In this document: positions 18,689 to 28,819 of the stretch, in pieces
Numbering within the stretch: position 1 is the stretch's first letter
Layout: each line of letters opens with the position of its first letter
From: Acidimicrobiia bacterium
GTDB taxonomy: Bacteria > Actinomycetota > Acidimicrobiia > Spongiisociales > Spongiisociaceae
DNA length: 64,000 nucleotides
Reading direction: 5' to 3'
NCBI GenBank assembly: GCA_963663955.1
Contig: OY760694.1
Location: forward strand, 3,215,251-3,279,250
The notes under the pieces: generated by a model
Told to the model about the DNA's origin: nothing
Databases searched by the model: none
What the model saw: the letters and a program-made list of their open reading frames with translations, nothing else
Made by a program: the position numbers and the translations under genes

Positions 18689-20619
18689 GCGTCACCACTC
18701 TTACCGAACAGCAGATCGCGGCTATTGAACTGGGCGACGGAGCGCACTTGATCACCGCTCCTCCCGGCTCTGGCAAGACCGAGGTGCTGGTACGACGGGT
18801 GATAAGCCTCTTGGACGGATCGCCGCGTGATCTTTTCCGGATACTTGCCCTGACCTACACGGTAAGGGCCGCTCAAGAACTGGAGAAGCGTGCTCGGATG
18901 GTGGTTCCCGAAGACGACCTCTGGCGGGTCAACGCGACAACCTTCCACTCCTTCGCCCTTGGCATTCTGGAGAACTACGGAGGTCCGGTAGGTCTGAAGA
19001 GGCCCATAACCGTCATCTCGGACCTGGAAGACAAGCGCGCTCTCGTCATCCAAACTCTTGAGGAACGGTTCGAGCTGATCGGATCGATAGATCGTTCTGA
19101 ATGGCGGAAACTGTTCAATAGGATCGCCCTGATGAAAACCAGTCTCACCCACCCGACACCGGGCGGACGAGATCGGGTACTAAACGGCAGGATCCGGCTG
19201 TCCGAAGCCTACGAAGCTTACGAAACTGCGCTGACGAATACCGGAAGTGTTGACTATGAAGGGATGATCCGCCAAACGGTCAAGCTGATGGAGATACATC
19301 CATGGGTGGCCTCACACATCCGCCGACAGTACCGGCACATACTGGTCGATGAGGGCCAGGAGCTAACCGGAGGCCAGTACGAACTCTTAAAGATGATACG
19401 GAATGATAACCATCAGAGGTTCTTTGTCGTCGCCGACACCGACCAGTCCATCAACGCCTTCGCGGGGGGTGGTCCTACCTTCTTACGAGAGTTTGTCTCG
19501 GACTTCAATGCCGACGAACACAAGCTCACAACTAACTTCCGGAGCGCCCGGGCCATCGTCGACGCCTTGGGGGGGTTGCGCAAGAATATCGGGGAACGCG
19601 GTGCGCCGACAACGCTCGATAGTGGAACTCTTGCTAGGGGGTGGGTCGGGGCACGCTCCTATGTCAACGACGAGCACGAAGCAGAATCTACCGGTAAGTG
19701 GATCCGCTCCGTCCTGCAGACGGGGCTTGATCCGGAATGGGTGTACAAGGGAGAGGCCACCGCGGTAACACCCGAGGACATCTGCGTTCTCGGGCGAACC
19801 CGCTATGCGTTTGCCAACCTCTTGGATGATCTCCAAGAACACGAGGTTGCCTTCTCTCTGCGCGTCGAGGAAAAGGCCCTCTTCGAGTCATCTCCGGGCC
19901 GCCTAAGCCTCTACGCCCTCAAGCTGGCACAGAACCCGAGAGACCTACCGGCGCAGCGTCGCCTACTGGAAGAGTTGGGAGAACAATACAAAGAGGGCGA
20001 TGACGGTCATGAAGTCCTGTCGACTGAAGCCATCCTCCGAGACTCCGCAAAGCGAGGAAGCCTCCCCCAAGAGTTCATCGAAGCCCTCCTGGGCTCGGAC
20101 ACTGCGACCCCGAACGGCCTCCAAGCGGTTTCGGCATTGATAAGAATGGACGAGATCGGCATCGACCTAGACGATACCGAAAGAGAAGCGTGGTATCGCG
20201 ATCAAGAGCACCTTCAGCGACTGCTCACCGACTATCAAACAACCACCGCGGCGCCTTATCGATCTCTCGCCGGGTTCCTCCGCATGTTATCTCGGCTTGA
20301 GGGCGTCCCACCGTCCGAACCCGGCGTGAGGGTCCTGACACCGCACCGCGCCAGAGGGCTCGGCTTCAAGGTGGTGATTCTTCTAGGAATGAACGACGGC
20401 AACTTCCCTCACTACAAAGCCACATCCCCCGAAGAACTGGCCGAGGAACGTAGAGTGGTCTACGTCGCAGCAAGCCGAGCAGCCAGGGCATTGCTCCTCA
20501 CCCGACCACGTACTCGGCTGTCGAGATATGGCAACTGGTATCGATGCCGGGAGTCACGTTTCATCCGTGAGATGGGGCTGACGATGGAGGAAGTCGCCCC
20601 GGACGCCGACGCCTCCTAG
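18685..20619 (+). CDS. gajB: UvrD/PcrA/Rep-type superfamily-1 helicase (GajB-like)
   Basis: Contains LTEQQIAAIELGDGAHLITAPPGSGKTEVLVRR (motifs Q/I), ILVDEGQE, TNFRS and VLTPHRARGLGF. Its start overlaps the gajA stop (ATGA). Confidence 0.75.
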   Translation: MSVTTLTEQQIAAIELGDGAHLITAPPGSGKTEVLVRRVISLLDGSPRDLFRILALTYTVRAAQELEKRARMVVPEDDLWRVNATTFHSFALGILENYGGPVGLKRPITVISDLEDKRALVIQTLEERFELIGSIDRSEWRKLFNRIALMKTSLTHPTPGGRDRVLNGRIRLSEAYEAYETALTNTGSVDYEGMIRQTVKLMEIHPWVASHIRRQYRHILVDEGQELTGGQYELLKMIRNDNHQRFFVVADTDQSINAFAGGGPTFLREFVSDFNADEHKLTTNFRSARAIVDALGGLRKNIGERGAPTTLDSGTLARGWVGARSYVNDEHEAESTGKWIRSVLQTGLDPEWVYKGEATAVTPEDICVLGRTRYAFANLLDDLQEHEVAFSLRVEEKALFESSPGRLSLYALKLAQNPRDLPAQRRLLEELGEQYKEGDDGHEVLSTEAILRDSAKRGSLPQEFIEALLGSDTATPNGLQAVSALIRMDEIGIDLDDTEREAWYRDQEHLQRLLTDYQTTTAAPYRSLAGFLRMLSRLEGVPPSEPGVRVLTPHRARGLGFKVVILLGMNDGNFPHYKATSPEELAEERRVVYVAASRAARALLLTRPRTRLSRYGNWYRCRESRFIREMGLTMEEVAPDADAS

Positions 20620-20729
20620 GAGGGGTCGGCAAAACGAATCTTGCGGGATTCGGTAGTCGGCAAACCGCCTGGTCAGAGAGTTGCGGGTTAGCGGTCGAAC
20701 CCCTTTGTACGGTGTTTCTCAGCACCCTC
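20620..20729 (-). mobile_element. 110-bp MITE (type 1), copy A, flanked by a CTAG duplication
   Basis: The imperfect terminal inverted repeat is GAGGGTGCTGAGAAAC. CTAG occurs at 20616-20619 and 20730-20733. By eye it is about 80% similar to the reverse complement of the copy at 61108-61217. The left CTAG supplies the TAG stop of gajB. Confidence 0.6.
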
Positions 20730-20985
20730 CTAGACCATCCACCGACCCTCCGTCCGTCGGTAGAGTTCAGTGGAGAACGTTTGGGCATTCGTCGTAGAAT
20801 CACCCCCTATCAATGCACTGGACAAGGGCGTATCAGATCAGAGCATGATCGACCGGTAGCTTATGCGTTCCCGACGACCATGAGAACCCGAATCACGCAT
20901 CATGATCACTACAAGCTCCGCGAAGACTCGCCTATGCATCCGCAGGCCGCGTGTAGTCCCTTGAGGTGGCGGGCCGGTCTGATGG

Positions 20986-22413
20986 CTATCTACCTATAGC
21001 CTGGAGCAATTCTTCGGTTTCGCGGGCGAGACGTTCCGCAACTGCTACATGCTCTATTTCGGGTATACCCCACTCCGGATCGATCGACTCCGCCACTATA
21101 CGTATACCACCAGCCGCTTCGGTGTCCTCGAATCTGTATACGCCCAGGTCGTCCGGACTTATAGGGGAACCTCCCGATGCATGCTCGGCCCCCTGCGACC
21201 TGAGCATGCAATTGGAAACCTGATGTAGAAACTCAGAGCTATGAGTGGTACACAGAACCCTCACGCCTGCCCCGGCCAGGGCCACCAATGACTCGGCAAC
21301 AGCCAGGATCGCCTCGGGATGCATATGAGCCTCAGGCTCGTCAATCAGCAGCAAATCGCCTGGGCGCAAGATGTGCTTAACCCAACCGAGCAGCGGCACT
21401 ACCTCCGCCACCATCGAAGAAGCCCGCTGCACCGGAATCTCTTTACCATCCTGTGCATAGGTAAAGGAAGGAACCTTATCCCTCCCCCTTCCGAACTTGA
21501 TCTCACCGGCGATCAACCCATCCAAACGCTCGACAGCCGCAAACATCATCATGTCGGACTGGAGCGGTCGTCGAGGCTGTATGAGTGGAAGCAACTCGGA
21601 CAGGAAATCCAAGGCTATGCCTCCCAAGGCGGCAGGTTCCCGACCCTTGAGAGCGAGACGGTCACGCTCCCGTTCGAGCCTGAGACGCACCACATCCGTC
21701 CACGCCTCCAGTAACCCGGATCGCCCGGCCGGTAAGTAATAAGCCGATCCACCTAAGCCGGCCGACGGCAGGAAACCCTCAGCCCACACAAACCGGGCAA
21801 GCTGAAGAGATATCCGCCGTCTCGCATATCCAGCAAGGTCACCCTCTCGGGACCTTTCCCAATACCTTCGGGCACCCCTCAGGACGGGACCGCGCGTCGG
21901 TCGACCGGGTTGGTAAGCCATGGCCGGGAAGAAGTCCGCTACTTCAGCAGAAGGGCCTCCACCCAAACCGAACAGGAACCGATCCTCTCCGGCGATCCTG
22001 CAGGAAACCGCAACATCAAGATCGGAGTCGGCAGCCCACCTTTGTATCTCATCCAACCCCTTGACATCAAAATAGATCTTCAGTCGATCCTCTAGATGTT
22101 CGTCCGCTTGACCCATAAGGTCGCCCAACCACCGCTCGGCTTTCCCCCTCACGGACGACCCGAACACAGCCCAACCATCGTCAGCTACGGATCGACGATC
22201 GGCGGCAATCACCTGTTCGACTTCCTCGTCGGACAAAAGCGGCTCCGGCACGCCATTCACCTGATCCACAGCCTTGAACACCGAATACACCGCCTGAGCA
22301 GCGTACGTCTTCCCCGTATTGTTCTTACCGATCAGCACCGTGAGAGGATGAAGCTGGATCTCACCCTCTCGAATCGGGCCAAGATTCCGCAAACGGATCA
22401 TTGGATAAGCCAC
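20986..22413 (-). CDS. stand-alone ABC/SMC-like ATPase (AAA_15/21-like)
   Basis: Contains MIRLRNLGPIREGEIQLHPLTVLIGKNNTGKT (Walker A), YLPAGRSG (Q-loop-like), LLLIDEPEAHMHPEA (Walker B) and CTTHSSEF. Confidence 0.65.
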   Translation of the reverse strand: MAYPMIRLRNLGPIREGEIQLHPLTVLIGKNNTGKTYAAQAVYSVFKAVDQVNGVPEPLLSDEEVEQVIAADRRSVADDGWAVFGSSVRGKAERWLGDLMGQADEHLEDRLKIYFDVKGLDEIQRWAADSDLDVAVSCRIAGEDRFLFGLGGGPSAEVADFFPAMAYQPGRPTRGPVLRGARRYWERSREGDLAGYARRRISLQLARFVWAEGFLPSAGLGGSAYYLPAGRSGLLEAWTDVVRLRLERERDRLALKGREPAALGGIALDFLSELLPLIQPRRPLQSDMMMFAAVERLDGLIAGEIKFGRGRDKVPSFTYAQDGKEIPVQRASSMVAEVVPLLGWVKHILRPGDLLLIDEPEAHMHPEAILAVAESLVALAGAGVRVLCTTHSSEFLHQVSNCMLRSQGAEHASGGSPISPDDLGVYRFEDTEAAGGIRIVAESIDPEWGIPEIEHVAVAERLARETEELLQAIGR

Positions 22414-22499
22414 CTGAACCTGCCCCTCCGCTCAGCCCTAGCCAACCAGCACCCTACCAGCCGCCTACTCGTAGGTCTTTTGGGAAGCGTGGCGCCTGT

Positions 22500-22647
22500 A
22501 GCAGGTTATCCGGGGTGTTGCGGTCGGGAGTCCGTCATCAAGGCGCGCCAGAGAGGTGGCAAAAGAGGACCGGAACTTAAACTCACCAACCCACCCGGGG
22601 TGAGAAACTCAATGATCCACTCTGGGGATTCTCAGTGATCACCATCA
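22500..22647 (+). mobile_element. solo IS21-family right-end remnant
   Basis: The segment actcaccaacccacccggggtgagaaactcaatgatccactctggggattctcagtgatcaccatca aligns with the terminal repeat region of the IS21 remnant at 43144-43211 (reverse complement). No istA or istB is present. Confidence 0.4.
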
Positions 22648-22767
22648 GGCATGCAGCCAAGGATCCGGCACACTAGCGCAGCAACGTCTATAACGACTCG
22701 GGCGGGAGAGTCCTTGATCCAAAGATCGAGAATCAAAAACTTCCCCCGGCTAACGGACCGAAGCTCG

Positions 22768-24873
22768 TCAGGCCGCTTCGAAGTCCCGTGTGTTCGACAG
22801 GTCGAACGTGTTGGCGTGTGAGGGTTCGGGCGAGTACTCGGTGTAGCTGATCCGGGTATACGCTCCGGAATACAGTGCCTCTTCGAATGCTTCAAGACGT
22901 ACTGGCGCACCTCTCACTGTCAACCGATCGTTGTCATCGTATTGCACCAGCTTGGGGCTACGCGCGTCGTGGAGGATCAGATTCCTCGTCACGTCCTGTA
23001 CCAGGATGGGCACACCCAGAACAGATCGTCCTTCAGCCTGGGGCTTAGCCCAGTAGTGCGCCATGGGCTGGGCCGTAACCTCACCTGCCGTTTGGGCTGC
23101 GATGGTCTCTGTGTCAGGTTCGGCTCCGGTCCATATGTACCGGAGCGACGCCACACCCCGCTGGTCGGTGTTTCTAACGGTTGGGACGGTTCCGACTCCG
23201 TGGCCGTCATCAGATGTGAATGCGATGCTTTCCCCAACCACCGGGGCGCCGTACTGGTCGGTGAGGACCCCTGTCACCACGTTCACGGGACCCGGCCCGG
23301 ATCCGGTGAGTTCGTGGTAACGCATTACCTGCCTGAGCCGGAGGGTGGTAGCCCTAGGCGCTTGCTCGGACCATGTAACCGGGGCGTCTAGCGTCGAGCC
23401 ATCTCCGCCCGCCACTCCAAGGGTGCTCCGGTCGATCACAGTAAGACCCTGGACCGACACGTCGATGTCCATCGTGGTCTCATCACCACCCGTAGACGGG
23501 TCCGGATCGGACGCTTGGTAGGAAACAGTAACCCTGCCCCCGACATCTGTCCGGTAGGTTTTGACACTGGTCAGGTCTCTCACCCCGTTCCTTACATACG
23601 TGGTGGAGACTTGTACCCGGTGTCCCGCTTCGCCAACCGCTCGACCGTCTTCGTCGACCAACTGGAATACGAACCCGATTGGCACACCAAACATGAGTGC
23701 CTGGGCGGTGGACCGCATATCGTCGGCGACCAGGACCGACGAGGCTGGTTTCAGCACCTGGACGTCGGCCATAGCAGCTGTAGTAGTAGCCAACCGGAAG
23801 CGGCTCCCCTGAGAACCCGTCCAGGCCCACAACCTTATGTTGTCGACTGGTTGAAGGACCACCCGAACGTTACCGGACTCATCAAGCTGCTGATCGGACC
23901 CATCAATCGTGCACACCCGTGCTCCGACCGTGGCCTGCACTCCCTCCCGGCAGGCGCCATCTGCGCCGAACAACTCGTAGGGATCGTCGGCCGAGGTGGA
24001 AAACATGTCTATTCGCATCCCGGTCCGGGGCTGGAACCTGGCGTCACGAACGGAAACCTGCACCTCGAGCGTGTCGCCGGCGGAGATAACCGAGGAGGCG
24101 CTCTGGATCGATATGCCTTCCGGGCGTGAGTTCGTATGGGCTAAGGCCCGGGTCACGAATAGGGCCATCTGGCCCCTCGTTAGGAGGGTTCGGGGCGAGA
24201 AGGTCGTGGCAGTAACCCCCACCGTGATGCCCATCTCGTACATCACCCTCACCGCGGTGACCACCAGCTCGGACTGGTCGCCCAGATCCTGAAACACGTC
24301 ATCGTCCGGCGTGACCACAGATACGTCCGTCCCGCCGGGACCGGTAGGGGCCAAATTGAGGAAGCGGTACAGGAAAAGGGCCATCTGGCGGCGATCCATC
24401 GGGCTATCCGGGTGGAAGGTAGTAGGCGAGGTACCCCGAGTAATCCCCATGGTCGCCAGTTGATTGATGGCGACTTGGATGTGAGGAGCATGGTGGGCGA
24501 TATCCTGGAACCCTTGATCGATTGCCACAGGCACAGCGATTCCGGCCGGCCCGGAGGCCCGCACCAAGAACATCGCCATCTGCCAGCGAGTTATCGGATC
24601 GTCGGGTGCGTATCGGTTGGCCGTTTTTCCTACCGAAATGCCGTAGTAGGCAAGACAATTGATGCCCTGTTCGGCGAAATGGCCGGCTACATCCAGGAAT
24701 CCGGCTGAAGCATTAGCGGCTCCCGTACACGCCGAGTAGACAGCAAGATGGTCCGGTTGGCCGTCAACAGCTCGGACCGGTGACGGAGCCGCCACCACCG
24801 ACGCAGCGACCAAAGCGGCAAGCAAGACCACTGCCGTACGTTTTGAGGCCCATGTGCTCATACACTCTGTCAC
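22768..24873 (-). CDS. large secreted surface protein: signal peptide + 3 SLH-like repeats + Ig-like/beta-rich C-terminal region (paralogue 1)
   Basis: It has a signal peptide. The SLH block begins YSAC...AGFLDVAGHF..INCLAYYGI...ITRWQMAMFLVRA, with two further SLH repeats. It also has the HTNSRPEG motif shared with the other four paralogues. Confidence 0.7.
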   Translation of the reverse strand: MTECMSTWASKRTAVVLLAALVAASVVAAPSPVRAVDGQPDHLAVYSACTGAANASAGFLDVAGHFAEQGINCLAYYGISVGKTANRYAPDDPITRWQMAMFLVRASGPAGIAVPVAIDQGFQDIAHHAPHIQVAINQLATMGITRGTSPTTFHPDSPMDRRQMALFLYRFLNLAPTGPGGTDVSVVTPDDDVFQDLGDQSELVVTAVRVMYEMGITVGVTATTFSPRTLLTRGQMALFVTRALAHTNSRPEGISIQSASSVISAGDTLEVQVSVRDARFQPRTGMRIDMFSTSADDPYELFGADGACREGVQATVGARVCTIDGSDQQLDESGNVRVVLQPVDNIRLWAWTGSQGSRFRLATTTAAMADVQVLKPASSVLVADDMRSTAQALMFGVPIGFVFQLVDEDGRAVGEAGHRVQVSTTYVRNGVRDLTSVKTYRTDVGGRVTVSYQASDPDPSTGGDETTMDIDVSVQGLTVIDRSTLGVAGGDGSTLDAPVTWSEQAPRATTLRLRQVMRYHELTGSGPGPVNVVTGVLTDQYGAPVVGESIAFTSDDGHGVGTVPTVRNTDQRGVASLRYIWTGAEPDTETIAAQTAGEVTAQPMAHYWAKPQAEGRSVLGVPILVQDVTRNLILHDARSPKLVQYDDNDRLTVRGAPVRLEAFEEALYSGAYTRISYTEYSPEPSHANTFDLSNTRDFEAA

Positions 24874-25104
24874 GATTCGATATTCCTCATTCCCAGGCCC
24901 GGAAGCACCGCAATTCTAGAGTTACCCTCGAAGCGTAGTGCGCTAACCGATGATTGCAATTAGCACATTCCGGCCGAAGCCGCCGGGAACCGACGAGATA
25001 CGGGAAACCGAAACGGGAACACTGCCAACGCTCGACATCAAGGCGGTTCGCCCCCGGTTAGCGCAACCCGGTATTGGAGTATGGGTGCCGTCCCTCGTCA
25101 ACCG

Positions 25105-27177
25105 TCAGCGGTTCGTCAGTATGTAGCCGTTGACTATCCCGGAGCCGGCACCCATAATCCGGTATTCGAGGGTATCGCGGACAGTCAGGTCATCTTCGAA
25201 ATCCGAGTAGCTGACGGCCTTCTTGTTGATGGTGAACTGATCATTCGAATCGTACTCCACGAGGAGGATGTCGTTAGTGGCCACGATAATCGCGGTGTCC
25301 TCATCGGTGTCCACCACTCGAACGGTGCCCGAACCGTTTGCCGGGCCTTGTATGCGGGTGACCCAGAACTGGCGCGTAGTGGACGTAATCCGATCGAACG
25401 AACCGGTTACCCGCTCGGCGAAGCTTTCGTTCGAGTCCCTTTGGTAGTTGAGGGCGGCCACCCCGCTCGCATTGGTAGTACGTCGGATCCCGTTCGGAAC
25501 CCCTCTGCTGTCATTGGACGAGAAGACCACTTGCTCGCCTCTTACCGGCCCCCCATATTGGTCACTGAGGAGGGCTGTGACCGTGGCAGCTGCACCGCTT
25601 CCCGCGGATGAGGCCACTACGTATTCCTGCAATGCTGAAAGGGTCAGCGTGGTGGGCTCAGGTCGTTCATCGGACCATTGCAAGGTCGGATCGTCGCGGG
25701 TTCCGTCATCATCCACAATCCCGACCGCCGTCTCGTCGGTAACGCCGAGACCGCCTCCCGGCATCACATCAAGATCCAGAAACGCCACGTCACCCCGCTC
25801 CTCCGATGGGTCGATGTTGAGGAAGGTTGCCTGCGCGGACCCGTCGATTCCGGTCTGCTTGGTCAGGGTGGTCGTCTCGATCCTCTTTCCCCCGTCCCGT
25901 GACTCCTGAACTTCCACCACGAATGACGCCCCCTGCCAGGGAACCGGGTTCCCGTCGTCGTCGACCACCTGGAAGGTGAAGGTCACCGCTCTACCGAAAG
26001 GCACCCGCACCGCACTGTCCGGTAGGTCGTCGGTCACCAGCAGGGCGGCAGGTGTACTGCGAGTGGCTACGTCTACCGCCACGAAACGGGTGCGGTTCAG
26101 GTCGAACACAGCACTGAGATTTCCTGTCCACACCCAGATTCTTACAATCGCCGACTCACCGACTTCAACATCGGCAGTCAAGTTCCCGGAGATGTCGGTG
26201 GTTGGATCCCGACGATCAATGACACATTCGGTGGCACCCGCCGCGGGTATCGCCTCGGATGTGCACCGGCCCTCTTTGTCAAACGCCTTGTCCTGTGTCT
26301 CGGTGGTGAACAGGTCCACCCCCTGATTTGCAAAGGCTCCGTGGGTGCCGTCGCGGAGGGTTATCGAGATCTCAGCGCTTGACCCCTTGAACACCTTCTC
26401 GTCGGTGGTCTGAACAGACAAACCGGCGGGACGGGCGTTGGTGTGGGCCAGCATACGGGTTATGAATACCGCCATCTGGCCCCGGGTAACCCAGGCGTCC
26501 GGGGAGAACGCATTGGCGGTGGTCCCTTGGGTGACACCCAACTCGTAGAGCCGCCGTATGGCCCGGTTGGTAACGAAGGGCACTTGGTCTAGGTCCTTGA
26601 AGTTGCTGTCATCAGGCCGGACATCACGTATGGCTGTGCCTCCAGGCCCGATAGGAGCCGCCTCCAAGAACCGGGACAACAACATGGCCATCGACTGGCG
26701 TGTAACCGGTTCGGCAGGTCCATAGGTTTTATCTGCCAAACCCGGCATGATCCCCAATTGAGCCATCTGGTTGATTCCGGCCTGGATGTGAGTAGCGTAG
26801 GTGCCTAGGTCGGTAAACCCCTGGGCGGTGGGCTTGGGCAGCACGAGCCCGGCCGGATGGGTTGCTCGCTGTAGGAACAAGGCCATCTGCCAGCGGGGGA
26901 TTATGTCGCGAGGAGAAAACCTCCCGGCCCCCGTACCGAAAGTAATTCCGTAGTGAGCAAGGCAGTTAGCAGCTTCCTCGGCGAAGTTACCGGCCATGTC
27001 AACAAACCCGGCAGGGGTTACGGCGGCGTCGACACAGGCAGAATACCGGGCTGGATGATCCACCACCCCGTCCACCCCTGCCGCGGGAGGTAGGTGCCCG
27101 AATAGCAGAGATCCCACCAGCAACAGGGCGAGCGTCGGCAACGCCCAACGTTTGTGCGGTGCTGCCGCTTCGAACAT
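25105..27177 (-). CDS. SLH + Ig-like surface protein (paralogue 2)
   Basis: Same architecture: YSACVDAAVTPAGFVDMAGNFAEEAANCLAHYGI..., HTNARPAG, a C-terminal HYW/FWV motif and Y-D-x-N-D-x-F. Confidence 0.7.
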   Translation of the reverse strand: MFEAAAPHKRWALPTLALLLVGSLLFGHLPPAAGVDGVVDHPARYSACVDAAVTPAGFVDMAGNFAEEAANCLAHYGITFGTGAGRFSPRDIIPRWQMALFLQRATHPAGLVLPKPTAQGFTDLGTYATHIQAGINQMAQLGIMPGLADKTYGPAEPVTRQSMAMLLSRFLEAAPIGPGGTAIRDVRPDDSNFKDLDQVPFVTNRAIRRLYELGVTQGTTANAFSPDAWVTRGQMAVFITRMLAHTNARPAGLSVQTTDEKVFKGSSAEISITLRDGTHGAFANQGVDLFTTETQDKAFDKEGRCTSEAIPAAGATECVIDRRDPTTDISGNLTADVEVGESAIVRIWVWTGNLSAVFDLNRTRFVAVDVATRSTPAALLVTDDLPDSAVRVPFGRAVTFTFQVVDDDGNPVPWQGASFVVEVQESRDGGKRIETTTLTKQTGIDGSAQATFLNIDPSEERGDVAFLDLDVMPGGGLGVTDETAVGIVDDDGTRDDPTLQWSDERPEPTTLTLSALQEYVVASSAGSGAAATVTALLSDQYGGPVRGEQVVFSSNDSRGVPNGIRRTTNASGVAALNYQRDSNESFAERVTGSFDRITSTTRQFWVTRIQGPANGSGTVRVVDTDEDTAIIVATNDILLVEYDSNDQFTINKKAVSYSDFEDDLTVRDTLEYRIMGAGSGIVNGYILTNR

Positions 27178-27736
27178 CTAACGCTCCTTCGTCTGCTTGT
27201 AGCGACCGCCGAGCCGGTTTGCCGGAACTTAAGGGTCAGGTTCCAGTTCGCCCGATCACAGTGACATGTTACGTCCCGAACCGTTCTGCGTGGTTGATAT
27301 ATCCGACTTGCCATCGATTCGCGGCACCCTAGCCTCACGGCTCCCGTCACTCGGTAGAGGTGTTCGACCGTCGAGGACGCGGCCGGCCACATTGTGCGGG
27401 CGAACCCCGACGCTGGCGGCAGTGCGTTTCCCCCGGTACACGAGCAGAAACCGAGGCCGCCTACCATCGTGAACAGAACCAGCTGGGGCACACCCCAGCC
27501 GAGGCAACTGGACTCAATCAAACCACTCTCCGGCAAACTTCAACCCTCGCCATCAACCCGGTAGGGTTTATCTGGGGTTCTGACCGTGGTATCGTCTGTG
27601 CTTGTTCCGATGGTGCTAACACAGCGCAAGGTGCTACTCCTCTCCATATCTTCTACTCTTCGCCTAGCGGTAGCTGTGCCTTCGGTAACTGGCCTACCTA
27701 AGGATTGCTGTTAGGAAACGCTGCGGAGGTTGTCCC

Positions 27737-28819
27737 ATGAGAATCAAACGCTTCGAGATTAGTGCCTTTAGGACATTCGACCATCTCACGTTGGGCGGGT
27801 TACGTCGAGTTAACCTCATCGCAGGACAGAACAACGTTGGAAAGACGGCCCTGCTCGAAGCGTTGTGGCAGTTCTCGGGGCCCAATCAACCTGATATCGG
27901 TCTACGGCTTGATCAGTTCCGAGGAATCCATTGGATCGAGGAAGATTACCTGTTTGCCAATTTGTTTCATGGTCGTGATACATCCAAGCCTATAGAACTG
28001 AGAGCCCATGGAGATGCGTCCGTGACTCCGCGTGTTCTAAGGATCGAAACAAGGACTCGAACAACGTCTCGGACTCCCTTAAACGGAAACGGTGCCTCCG
28101 AGGCAATCATGCCAACCCTCGTAGATAGGCCGCATGAGTTAGTCCTTACGTACGAGGATGGATCGGCAGAATATGAATCCCGCGGATGGTTCGAACCCAG
28201 CCGTACACCTGCCGGGGTCCAGAACTCCTTTGAGACACAGAGACATCAGATTCCAGGTGGGCTGGTCGCCGCGTATTTCAGTCCGAGCCACCGCAATCCC
28301 TCGCAGGAAGATGCTGATCGGCTTGGGCGCCTTCAAGTAAGGGACGCCGATGCAATGGTCGTTGACGCCCTCAGGCCCTTCGAACCACAACTGCAACGGC
28401 TGGTGACCGTATCTGTCAGTGGAATACCCGTAATCCACGCGGATCTGGGACAGAACCGTCTCATTCCGATGGGTCTCCTGGGCGACGGTATGCAACGCTT
28501 GCTTTCCCTGACTCTCGCCTTTGACGTCGCGTCAGGGGGAATGATTCTGGTCGACGAGATCGAGAACGGGATCCACCACTCCAAACTAGACTACTTGTGG
28601 CGAGCCATATCGGTCTTTTCAATGAGGTTCGACGTTCAGGTATTCGCCACCACCCACAGCGCCGAATGTGTAAGTGCCGCGCATGAAGCTTTTGAGCATG
28701 AAGACCACTACGACTTTCGTCTCATCCGCCTGGATCGGCTCAACGGGGCAACCGTGGCCAAGTCATTCGACCGGTCTACTCTGGGCACCGCCATAGAGGC
28801 GGACTTCGAGGTGCGCTAG
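27737..28819 (+). CDS. ABC-like ATPase of a two-gene ATPase/TOPRIM module (copy a)
   Basis: Contains MRIKRFEISAFRTFDHLTLGGLRRVNLIAGQNNVGKTALLEAL (Walker A), ILVDEIENGIHHS (Walker B) and FATTHSAEC. GGAGG lies 7 nt upstream of the ATG. Confidence 0.75.
   Translation: MRIKRFEISAFRTFDHLTLGGLRRVNLIAGQNNVGKTALLEALWQFSGPNQPDIGLRLDQFRGIHWIEEDYLFANLFHGRDTSKPIELRAHGDASVTPRVLRIETRTRTTSRTPLNGNGASEAIMPTLVDRPHELVLTYEDGSAEYESRGWFEPSRTPAGVQNSFETQRHQIPGGLVAAYFSPSHRNPSQEDADRLGRLQVRDADAMVVDALRPFEPQLQRLVTVSVSGIPVIHADLGQNRLIPMGLLGDGMQRLLSLTLAFDVASGGMILVDEIENGIHHSKLDYLWRAISVFSMRFDVQVFATTHSAECVSAAHEAFEHEDHYDFRLIRLDRLNGATVAKSFDRSTLGTAIEADFEVR

Noticed and set aside
28185-28205. GGTTCGAACCC-type T-loop-like strings that hint at tRNA genes. 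Others occur inside MITE type 1.
   Set aside because: They lie inside coding sequence or MITEs, and no cloverleaf (D-arm or anticodon arm) can be built around them.
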